Shown: one piece after another, positions 9,303 through 17,922 of the stretch
Position numbering within the stretch: position 1 is the first letter of the stretch
Layout: the number at the start of each line of letters is the position of its first letter
Source: an uncultured Lachnospiraceae bacterium
GTDB taxonomy: Bacteria > Bacillota > Clostridia > Lachnospirales > Lachnospiraceae
Assembly: GCA_937920345.1 (NCBI GenBank)
Contig: CALGVA010000031.1
Coordinates: 8,824-72,823, forward strand
DNA: 64,000 nucleotides
Direction: 5' to 3'
Notes under the pieces: generated by a model
Database searches by the model: none
Seen by the model: only the letters and a program-made list of their open reading frames with translations
Told to the model about the DNA's origin: nothing
Translations under genes and position numbers: made by a program

Positions 9303-10850
9303 TTACTGCTCCACTATCTTCACATAATTCTTATGATAATACTGCATAACCGCCAGATTCAGCCAGTTGCCCGGGTCCTGTGACAGGTCGCTGCAGTCAA
9401 AAAGCGCGGGTTTCGCAGAATAGGGCGCAAGTTCCACATCCGGGATCGTCTCGTCCGTGTAGATGTCGTGCCGCGCCATCGCTTCCTCATAGAATATCTG
9501 CGCTTCGCCGTTTGCTGCCGAGCGCAGCGCCGATATACTCGTATACGTATTCTTATCCGCAGTGCAGACTAATATCACGAAAACCAGCAGTACACAGACA
9601 GCCGTCAGCCTGCTGCCCGCCTTTTCCAGAAAATAACCGAACGCCGGACATTCTCTGTGGGCATAATACCCCAGCCAGTACGCCGTCACCATAATCAGGC
9701 ATAGATACCAGACCATCTGGATAATATTATTCACTCTGGAAAGCCCCGCCATCCCGAGTGCATAAAGCGTGGGCGTAAACATTGCGGACAGTACACAGAA
9801 TGCGCCGACCGTCACCCATACAGGATGTGCGAATGTTCTTTCGGATTTCTTGACAAGTTTCCACAAGACCGGCAGAAGCAGCAGCCAGATGACGATCACG
9901 AACGCCGGCGTCCACCTGATGATATAGACGACCGCATGATAAAACGACAGCAGAACCGACAGCAGCGCCGAATATCCTGTATCCGTATCCAGTTCACTGC
10001 GAAGCGCGTTACCCGGCGCCAGTATATTAAACAGAAAGCCTGCGCTTCCCGTCACAAACGGAAGGCATACAGAAAGGAGTTTCTTCCTGTTCACCACGAC
10101 TGCATACAACACCAGAAGCGCCATAACGACCTCTGCCTGCAGACCTGTCACCAGATTGCCTCCGCCCACAATCACACTCAGGATAACGGCAGCTGCGCAC
10201 CAGACCCGCGCAGACGCTTTTTTCTCCGACCACAGACTCATGGAAGCAGCCGTCAGCATATAAAACCATATGGACTGCATCAGAACATAGTGCGTCGCGC
10301 CATTGTACCAGTAGATTCCTTCAAATGGTGCATCCATCACCTGATAAAACATGAAAAGCAGCACAAACATCACGAAACTGCCGCCGGCCTTCTCCACGCC
10401 CAGCCATCTGTGCAGAATATGTCTGCCCAGCACAAATACAGACGACGCCAGCATACTGATCATCAGAAGCGGTACCACATATCCGATCTCATAGTTGAAA
10501 TTCATAGGGCAGAGCGCCATCAGAAAGCAGGAAATATAGGTGCCCTGCCATTCGCGGTAAAACTGCATATTCTGCTGCCATGCAGCCTGCACGGACGCCC
10601 CGAAGGACCCTGTCGCCATCCATACGTCATGCACGCGCCTGCCATAGTCATAGTCATCGACGCACATGACATTATATCTGCCAAGCCACAGAAGCGGAAT
10701 GAGTGACACGGCAAACAGGATACCGGCATATACCGCCAGCCTCTTCACAGGAATAGCGTCAATGCGCACGAAAATTCTACTGCACATACCCCGCAGTGAC
10801 TCCGTAAGCCTGCCATATATGTTATTCTCCTTCTTATTTATACCGCTCAT
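9303..10850 (-). CDS. polytopic membrane protein, GT-C-like or polymerase-like, function unknown
   Basis: More than 10 hydrophobic helices. An acidic motif VDDYDYGR follows the first TM directly, as in the first external loop of GT-C enzymes. Confidence 0.4.
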   Translation of the reverse strand: MSGINKKENNIYGRLTESLRGMCSRIFVRIDAIPVKRLAVYAGILFAVSLIPLLWLGRYNVMCVDDYDYGRRVHDVWMATGSFGASVQAAWQQNMQFYREWQGTYISCFLMALCPMNFNYEIGYVVPLLMISMLASSVFVLGRHILHRWLGVEKAGGSFVMFVLLFMFYQVMDAPFEGIYWYNGATHYVLMQSIWFYMLTAASMSLWSEKKASARVWCAAAVILSVIVGGGNLVTGLQAEVVMALLVLYAVVVNRKKLLSVCLPFVTGSAGFLFNILAPGNALRSELDTDTGYSALLSVLLSFYHAVVYIIRWTPAFVIVIWLLLLPVLWKLVKKSERTFAHPVWVTVGAFCVLSAMFTPTLYALGMAGLSRVNNIIQMVWYLCLIMVTAYWLGYYAHRECPAFGYFLEKAGSRLTAVCVLLVFVILVCTADKNTYTSISALRSAANGEAQIFYEEAMARHDIYTDETIPDVELAPYSAKPALFDCSDLSQDPGNWLNLAVMQYYHKNYVKIVEQ

Positions 10851-10858
10851 CCCGTTAT

Positions 10859-11914
10859 CTATCCTTTTGCATGACCTGCAGCTGCACCGGCAGCCAGTTT
10901 TCTACACCTTCGCTTTACCCCTCTCGCAATCTTACACACATACGCCTTTTTATAGACATACCACGCATGCAGCTCCATCATTTTGAGCCGCATTCCCTCC
11001 GGGCGCACGTTGACATTTCTGTATTTGGGAGATGTTTTCTTATACGCCGCCAGTTCTTCCTTACATTCCTGCGCGGTGAAAACCCTGCCCTTGCGGTCCA
11101 TATAGTGCCAGCCGGCATAGATGTTCTGCTCCGAAGCCCAGTAACCGTCCGACACATTGTGCCTCGCCCAGTATTTCGGCGCCAGAATATATTGCACCGT
11201 TTCACTGGTAAATGCAGGAAAATAAGTGAACGAAGAATTGGATAACAGTAGATATTTTGCATTTTTCAAGACACTGTAATCTTTGGCGAGGTCGAAGTTA
11301 TATGCCGGAATACCGGGAAGAAGCTTACCCGCCTCCTTCACGTCATTGGTAATAATCATAAACTCCATATCCGGATTGACTTTCTTCATCTGCCTCATAC
11401 CCATGATCCAGTACTTCTTACGCAGATACAGTTCCGGCGAGCCCATATAGTCACTGCACCGCAGGTGCATGATACACAGATTGTCCCTGCTGTACTCTTT
11501 GCAGTCATACTCCGGCTTGACGGCAAGCCACTTCTTAATCTCTTCTTTATGCTGTATAAAATATGCCTCCGCCTGCAGATTGCCGTAGATCAGCGTGTTA
11601 TCCTCAATCTCAGACAGACGCTCATCCGCGTCGGTCACGTAGACGCCGTGTGTCAGGTCATGCCTGGAATTACCGGCAAAAAGACGGGTTTCCTTCTCAT
11701 AAAACGTCTTCTCATAGTCTTCCTTCTTAGAAGGCACGCCCATATCCAGATCCATGAAATACAGCCCGCAGTCGCTGTGCATATTGTTGGCGAAGTGCTC
11801 CGGGTCCAGCACGCTGAAACTGTATCCCCTGTCCCTGGCGATACATCTGGTTGTAACATAGAAAAACAGCTGATTCCCAAGCCCGAAACCTTCCTGTGTC
11901 TCAATTCCTAACAT
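10859..11914 (-). CDS. divergent GT11-like (fucosyltransferase-family) protein
   Basis: GFGLGNQLFFY N-terminus, HLRCSDY in place of HxRRGDY, and LLSNSSFTYFPAF in place of ANSTFSWW. Confidence 0.55.
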   Translation of the reverse strand: MLGIETQEGFGLGNQLFFYVTTRCIARDRGYSFSVLDPEHFANNMHSDCGLYFMDLDMGVPSKKEDYEKTFYEKETRLFAGNSRHDLTHGVYVTDADERLSEIEDNTLIYGNLQAEAYFIQHKEEIKKWLAVKPEYDCKEYSRDNLCIMHLRCSDYMGSPELYLRKKYWIMGMRQMKKVNPDMEFMIITNDVKEAGKLLPGIPAYNFDLAKDYSVLKNAKYLLLSNSSFTYFPAFTSETVQYILAPKYWARHNVSDGYWASEQNIYAGWHYMDRKGRVFTAQECKEELAAYKKTSPKYRNVNVRPEGMRLKMMELHAWYVYKKAYVCKIARGVKRRCRKLAAGAAAGHAKG

Positions 11915-13728
11915 GATAATGTCGTCTCCATAATCTTCTCATCTTCCACCTTATAGATGACGTCGCATTTGGCAATCGTATTGAGCCTGTGTGCGATAAT
12001 CACCATCGTCTTTCTGCCGTGGAAGCTGTTAATTGCATCCATAACCGCCTTCTCCGTATCCGTGTCAAGGGCGGAAGTCGCCTCGTCAAACACAAGAATC
12101 TCCGGATTGTGATAGAGCGCCCTCGCAATGCCGAGACGCTGCCGCTGTCCGCCGGATATCCTGACACCCCTGTCACCTATGGTCGTATCCAGTCCATCCG
12201 GAAGCTCCTCTACAAATTCCTTAAGCTGTGCCTCTTCCAGCACTTCCCATATGCGCTTATCATCTATCCTGTCCGCATCGATGCCGAAAGCGATATTGTC
12301 ACGGATGGACTCATCAATCAGGTAAATGGACTGCGGAATATAACCGATCTTGGCAAGCCAGGAAGGATAGTTATCGAATATATTGACACCGTCGCAGGTG
12401 ATCTCACCCGCCTGTACGTGTAATAATCCCAGCAGGATGTCCACGATCGTCGATTTACCCGCGCCGGAAGGTCCCATGATCCCCACAGACTGTCCTTTCT
12501 TCACTTCCATATGCGCGTCCGTGAAGATATTCTTGTCCGTATTCGGGTAAGCATAGGTGATATGGTCCAGTACGATCTTATCCTGCAGCGCAAGCGCCGG
12601 AAGCTGCTGCCGTGTTTCACCGGTAAGTCCTGTCACACTGCCGTTCACGTCCTTCTTCATATTCTCATTCAGATTCTCATACAGATAATCCAGGCAGGGC
12701 TGCGTGTAGGCAATCTCCGACAGATACGTGTTAATGCGGTTGATGCCGGGCAGCATACGAATCGCCGCCATGGCAAATGCCGTCAGCTGGGGAACCAGTA
12801 CGTTCATATCTCCGCCCCGCAGCATATAAATCAGAATAAAGAGAAACATGGACGCCATGAAGACCGTTTCGATCAGCAGACGCGGCAGATTATTAAACAC
12901 CGCATAGTTCCTCGCCACGTTCGCGCCGATGGCGCCGCTTTCATAATAATTGCGCACGAAAAATTCTTCCCTGTGCAGCACCTTCACGTCTTTTAATCCA
13001 TAAATGGACTGTATCCGCCACTTGGCAATACGGGACTGTATCGTCTGATTTCTGTGTCCGATCCTGTTTAGCCTCGGTTTCAGCTGCTTTGTGATAAGCA
13101 GCGTCATCCCTAAGAAGATCACCACGACAAACAGGTACAGCACCGGGCTCGCCACCACCAGCACGATACATAGAGAAACTGCAACCACGATCTCCGTAAT
13201 CATCTGTATCATTACAAGGATCAACTGGAATGCATTCGGTATATCACTGTCTGTAAGGCGGAATACCGTCGGTATATCCGCGCCCAGATAATCTTCATAA
13301 GGGCGGTTTAAGAACTCCCGCATCACACGGCTGATCATGCGGTTGCGGTTTCTGGTCACAAAAGTGTTCTGTACATATGTCAGGAACAACAGATAAGCAT
13401 TTTTCAGGACATACAGCACGATCAGCGCAACCAGCATATAGGTCAGAAACTGCCCGCTGGTCTCTATATGCAGAATCTGTGCAACTCTGTCCACCAATGC
13501 ATTATCCATTATGGCATCCGGATTCATGAAAGCGCTCACCACCGGCAGAAGCAGCGACACGCCCAGCGTTTCCAGCAGACCGCCGATCAGAATCAGCACG
13601 CCCAGACCGACCAGCTGCCGCTTCTGCTTTGCGTCAAACAGATAGCCGACCTTCTGAAGCAGCGTAACCTTCCTGTCCGTATGATTTCTTTCCTTATTAT
13701 TATCTTCTACCTTTTCCTGTTTACTCAT
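11908..13728 (-). CDS. fused TMD-NBD ABC exporter (MsbA/PglK architecture), candidate lipid-linked glycan flippase
   Basis: Six-helix TMD followed by Walker A GPSGAGKST, signature ISGGQRQRLGIARAL and Walker B ILVFDEATSALD. The ATG at 13728 overlaps the upstream stop by 8 nt (ATGAGTAA). The track start at 13809 lies inside the upstream gene. Confidence 0.85.
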   Translation of the reverse strand: MSKQEKVEDNNKERNHTDRKVTLLQKVGYLFDAKQKRQLVGLGVLILIGGLLETLGVSLLLPVVSAFMNPDAIMDNALVDRVAQILHIETSGQFLTYMLVALIVLYVLKNAYLLFLTYVQNTFVTRNRNRMISRVMREFLNRPYEDYLGADIPTVFRLTDSDIPNAFQLILVMIQMITEIVVAVSLCIVLVVASPVLYLFVVVIFLGMTLLITKQLKPRLNRIGHRNQTIQSRIAKWRIQSIYGLKDVKVLHREEFFVRNYYESGAIGANVARNYAVFNNLPRLLIETVFMASMFLFILIYMLRGGDMNVLVPQLTAFAMAAIRMLPGINRINTYLSEIAYTQPCLDYLYENLNENMKKDVNGSVTGLTGETRQQLPALALQDKIVLDHITYAYPNTDKNIFTDAHMEVKKGQSVGIMGPSGAGKSTIVDILLGLLHVQAGEITCDGVNIFDNYPSWLAKIGYIPQSIYLIDESIRDNIAFGIDADRIDDKRIWEVLEEAQLKEFVEELPDGLDTTIGDRGVRISGGQRQRLGIARALYHNPEILVFDEATSALDTDTEKAVMDAINSFHGRKTMVIIAHRLNTIAKCDVIYKVEDEKIMETTLSC

Positions 13729-14737
13729 GTACGATTGTTTCCTCTGTCTCTCCGTTATCATCGCGCTCTGCAGACATGATCTTCTGCATATCTTCTCTAT
13801 AGAAATCACTGCAGTCCCATCCGTTCAGCCACCGGTCCGGCGCATACACCGTCTTATGCGGATCATCATGCAGATAGGAAGCCCACCAGCTGAAACTGCT
13901 GTTGGCAAGTATGTGGTGTCTGCACCTGCTCATCAGGACAAATTCCTGATAATCGCTCTGTCCGCCAAGGTCGATCAGTTCCATGTCCGTGTTCTCCAAA
14001 AACCCGCCTGCAATCTGCTGCGCCGCCCACTGTTTGTCATTGGTAAACAGATAGAATCTGCTGTGGGGATGTTCTTTCTTCATCTGCTCCATTGCTTTCC
14101 TGTAATACGCCGCCGTGCAGATGCCGCCGAAAAGTTCCCGGTTCTCCGGCAGAAGATAATCACCGCCGCGGATATGCACGCTGACGGACTCCTCTGACGT
14201 AATCTGCGCGAAGTACTTCTCAAATAATGACGCTGTCTGTTTCGCTCCGGACGTTTCCTTCCCCTCCGGTTCTCCGCCGTCTGCCGTCTCACAGCCGCAC
14301 CCGTTTCTACACCCGTGCGTTCTGATATACCGTAACAGCCTCTCTACATCATAAGCCTCCCGGACCTCCGCAGATACGCCGCTGAAATACTTCTCCGTCT
14401 GCCAGTACCCTTCCAGGTAAATATCGTCCCAGGACAGAATCTCCGGCTTATACCGCTTGTCCGCCTCGAAATAAGCCTTCTTGTTCCTGCCGCGCAGCTT
14501 CCTTCTGATCCTGTCACGCATCCGGAGCGATGCATCCAGCATACATTCCAGTTCTTCCGCCGTGGCTGTATCATAAGCGATCCCGAAAGGCGCAAGCGCC
14601 GGCGTGCGCTGCAGGTCATGCTCGAATCCGGTTCTGTCGTCCATCTTCACATCTTTACCGAGGCTCTTCAGTTGTAGATACAGGGCATACTGGAACATCT
14701 GGTTACCCAGCCCGCCCGCAAGCTGTATAATTATCAT
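13721..14737 (-). CDS. alpha-1,2-fucosyltransferase family protein (GT11)
   Basis: MIIIQLAGGLGNQMFQYALY, HIRGGDY, LANSSFSWWASYL. Confidence 0.8.
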   Translation of the reverse strand: MIIIQLAGGLGNQMFQYALYLQLKSLGKDVKMDDRTGFEHDLQRTPALAPFGIAYDTATAEELECMLDASLRMRDRIRRKLRGRNKKAYFEADKRYKPEILSWDDIYLEGYWQTEKYFSGVSAEVREAYDVERLLRYIRTHGCRNGCGCETADGGEPEGKETSGAKQTASLFEKYFAQITSEESVSVHIRGGDYLLPENRELFGGICTAAYYRKAMEQMKKEHPHSRFYLFTNDKQWAAQQIAGGFLENTDMELIDLGGQSDYQEFVLMSRCRHHILANSSFSWWASYLHDDPHKTVYAPDRWLNGWDCSDFYREDMQKIMSAERDDNGETEETIVHE

Positions 14738-14767
14738 TTCCCCTTACTGTTTCACCCTTTCATCGCC

Positions 14768-15889
14768 TCAGCCATTTCTTTTCAAATATTTAAGGCTTCT
14801 CTTAACCGTTACTTTAAGCGGAATCACCACCTGCTCCTCCCATCGCATTCTGCACCTGTAACGCGCCGGAGACTTTAAGAACAGCTTCATCTTCTCATAA
14901 TCCCGCGGGTCCGCCACCGGACAGTGATATGCGCGCGCATAATGTTCCCTGTTATCCCGGATCACCTGCGTGATCTGCTCTAAATACTGTTCTTTTCCGG
15001 AAGCATTCAACTTTTGCAGGCGGTCATAGAAGAGCAGCAGTCTTTTATAAAAAAAATAATCATGAATGTCTGCAAGATCCTCTCTCCCCAGCTCCTTAAG
15101 AAACTTCGTCTTCTCATAATAAGCAGGAATCTGATCCGTAAAAGTACGAGGATTAATCTGCGTATTCATGATGCTTCCCTCTCTGTCTATTATATAGTTA
15201 TAATAAGCAGTGTCAAGGTAAACACAGCGCTTTGCATGGGCGAGCGCCATCGTCGCGAACATGATATCCTCATACCATTTTCCCTCCGGAAAAGCAATAC
15301 CGGTCAGAAGCTGCCGTCTGTACAGCTTATTCCACGCGGCGTTCTGGATAACATATTCCTTCGTCTCCTGCACATAATACTGCAATGCTTCCTGTTCCTC
15401 AAACACGACCGCCCTGTCAACGGTCCCGTCTTCGGTATGCGTCTTATGCACCTGCCGGTAGCGGCAGACTGCAAGGTCTGCCTCCTGCTCCCGCATGGCG
15501 CCGAGCAGCTTCTCGTACATATCAGGATCGATCCAGTCGTCTCCGTCCACGAAGCCGATATAACTGCCCCGCGCCGCAGCGATCCCGACATTTCTCGCAT
15601 CGGCGGGTCCGCCGTTCTTCTTATGAATCACCCGTATTCTCGCATCCTGTGCGGCAAGCCGGTCGCAAATCGCACCCGTGGCGTCTGTGGAACCGTCGTC
15701 CACCACGATGATTTCCAGATTGCCGTAGGTCTGACTGCGGACAGAATCTATCCCCCGCTTAATATATTCTTCTATATTATAGGCCGCTATAATCACCGAG
15801 ATCAGTTCTGTCTGATTCCTTATGCTGATGGATGGATGGTAGTGTTCTATTATTCTCATCGCATGGCCTTTCTTCGAGTCTGCATTCAT
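14768..15889 (-). CDS. GT2-family glycosyltransferase
   Basis: LISVIIAAYNIEEYIKRGIDSVRSQTY, IIVVDDGSTDAT, FVDGDDW. Confidence 0.85.
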   Translation of the reverse strand: MNADSKKGHAMRIIEHYHPSISIRNQTELISVIIAAYNIEEYIKRGIDSVRSQTYGNLEIIVVDDGSTDATGAICDRLAAQDARIRVIHKKNGGPADARNVGIAAARGSYIGFVDGDDWIDPDMYEKLLGAMREQEADLAVCRYRQVHKTHTEDGTVDRAVVFEEQEALQYYVQETKEYVIQNAAWNKLYRRQLLTGIAFPEGKWYEDIMFATMALAHAKRCVYLDTAYYNYIIDREGSIMNTQINPRTFTDQIPAYYEKTKFLKELGREDLADIHDYFFYKRLLLFYDRLQKLNASGKEQYLEQITQVIRDNREHYARAYHCPVADPRDYEKMKLFLKSPARYRCRMRWEEQVVIPLKVTVKRSLKYLKRNG

Positions 15890-15936
15890 TTTATTAACTC
15901 ATCATTTAACATTTCATATGTTATATAACACTATTT

Positions 15937-17820
15937 TCATAAATAACACGTGTGCATCCACTCCTGGAACATCAGCACATACCATATCTGCACGCGCCAG
16001 ACATCCCTCTCAATATAGTCATTCCACAGTCTGTGTACTACGTCCGCGTCCAGTATGCCCTGCTCTTCCAGCGTCTTTCTGTCGATCAGGCTCTCCGCCC
16101 ACTCGCGCAGTCCGAGTTCCTTCAGCCATTTATGCAGCGGAATACTGAATCCTTTCTTCGGACGTTCCATCAGTTCACGGGGCACATACCGGTAAAGTAT
16201 ATCCCGCAGGATCTTCTTGGTCACGCCGTCCTGCTTCCGGTAGGACAGCGGAAGCGTCCATGCGAACTCCACCACATCCCGATCCAGCATAGGAACCCTT
16301 GTCTCCAGCGAGACCGCCATAGCGGTGCGGTCCACCTTGCACAGTATATCGTCCGGGTGGTACATCAGCAGATCCATCAGCATCAGATTATGCTGTGGTT
16401 CTTTCAGGAGTCCTGCCGGGTAGGTGTCCATAACCGTATGATCACCCCCCGCGTCCTTCTCTTCCCGCACCAGCCGGAAACCTTCTCCGATCTCAGAGCG
16501 CAGATACATATCCTCGATACTGCGCGCCCCCAGAAGCCTTGCCCTGACCGCCGTGCCGCCGTGACCGCACGCACTTGCAGCGCCCAGAAGCACGCTTGCC
16601 GGTTTGCGCAGTCCGTAAGGGATCTTCGCCATCTTTCGCCAGATCCTTTCGATGGAAGTATAGGTATTATATCCGCAGAATAGTTCGTCACCGCCGTCAC
16701 CGCTCAAGGACACCGTCACGTGTTCTCTCGTCATCTTACTGACCAGATAGGTAGGTATCTGCGACGAATCCGCAAAAGGTTCCCCGAACATCTGCGCCAG
16801 CTGCGGAATCACACCGCGGGCATCCTCCTCCGTAATATACAGTTCCGTATGCTCCGTTCCCAGATGCGCCGCAATCTTTGCCGCAATATCCGCCTCATTG
16901 AACGCTGCATCCCACATGCCGATCGTAAAGCTCCTCACCTTCCGCTCACTTACCGACTGCATGAGAGATACCACCGTACTGCTGTCGATGCCTGCAGACA
17001 GGAAGGCGCCCACCGGCACATCCGCGACCATCTGTCCGCGGATGGATTCTTGCAACAACCGTTCCAGTTCTTCCGCCGCTTCCGTTTCACTTCCTTTGAA
17101 AAGATGCGACTGCCCGTAAACCGCTGCCTCCCGCATGGACCAGTAGGTTTTAATATCGTATTTATGAAATGGAATCTTGATTTCCATGTATTTCCCGGGT
17201 TCTAATTTATAGATGTTCTGATAGACAGAATGCGGCGCCGGAATATAGCCGTATCGAAAATATTGTCCCAGAATCCCCGTATTCACAGGATTATCGAAAC
17301 CGTCAAGGGCCGCAACAGCGTTCAGATCGGAAGCAAATACAAATTTGTCCCCCTGCACGAACCCATAGTACAGCGGCTTCTCCCCCACTCTGTCACGAGC
17401 AAGAAATAACATATGTTCTTTTTTGTCATATATAGCGATGGCAAACATACCCTTAGCCATGCGCAGCGTCTCTTCCAGGCCGTATACCGCAACCGCTTCC
17501 AGCAGAACCTCCGTGTCCGATGTTCCTCTGAATTCCGCTACTTTCTTCTCCTGCAGCAGCCTGTCGCGTATCGCGTTATGATTATAGATTTCTCCATTAT
17601 ACGCCATAACATAACGTCCGTCATGCGACTCCATCGGCTGCGCGCCGGATGACGTGAGATCCACAATCGCAAGTCTTCTGTGACCCAGAACCACCGTCTG
17701 ATCTTCCGAAGCCCAGATCCCGGACGCATCCGGTCCTCTGTGGTGCATCTTCTCGTTCATCCGCTCTATATTCCGCTGCCAGTTGTTACCCCAATTACAT
17801 AATCCGGCGATTCCACACAT
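15937..17820 (-). CDS. asparagine-synthase-family glutamine amidotransferase (AsnB-like paralog 1)
   Basis: Class-II amidotransferases need Cys2, so the start is taken at MCGIAG (M25 of the track ORF, GAGGAA upstream). PP-loop SAGIDSS. Confidence 0.85.
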   Translation of the reverse strand: MCGIAGLCNWGNNWQRNIERMNEKMHHRGPDASGIWASEDQTVVLGHRRLAIVDLTSSGAQPMESHDGRYVMAYNGEIYNHNAIRDRLLQEKKVAEFRGTSDTEVLLEAVAVYGLEETLRMAKGMFAIAIYDKKEHMLFLARDRVGEKPLYYGFVQGDKFVFASDLNAVAALDGFDNPVNTGILGQYFRYGYIPAPHSVYQNIYKLEPGKYMEIKIPFHKYDIKTYWSMREAAVYGQSHLFKGSETEAAEELERLLQESIRGQMVADVPVGAFLSAGIDSSTVVSLMQSVSERKVRSFTIGMWDAAFNEADIAAKIAAHLGTEHTELYITEEDARGVIPQLAQMFGEPFADSSQIPTYLVSKMTREHVTVSLSGDGGDELFCGYNTYTSIERIWRKMAKIPYGLRKPASVLLGAASACGHGGTAVRARLLGARSIEDMYLRSEIGEGFRLVREEKDAGGDHTVMDTYPAGLLKEPQHNLMLMDLLMYHPDDILCKVDRTAMAVSLETRVPMLDRDVVEFAWTLPLSYRKQDGVTKKILRDILYRYVPRELMERPKKGFSIPLHKWLKELGLREWAESLIDRKTLEEQGILDADVVHRLWNDYIERDVWRVQIWYVLMFQEWMHTCYL

Positions 17821-17922
17821 CTTTCTGTTCCTCTCCTTGATTGCGCTTCGCTCAATCGCGAGCTTCGCTTCGCGAACCCGAATTCTCTCCATTGTTTGAT
17901 TAGACCAGCGTGAGTGGTTTTT

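Noticed and set aside
17821-17892. A 24-codon N-terminal extension of asnB paralog 1 (MERIRVREAKLAIERSAIKERNRK).
   Set aside because: Class-II glutamine amidotransferases require the catalytic Cys immediately after the initiator Met. The internal MCGIAG has a good SD (GAGGAA). The extension comes from a GCTTCGC-rich repeat leader.
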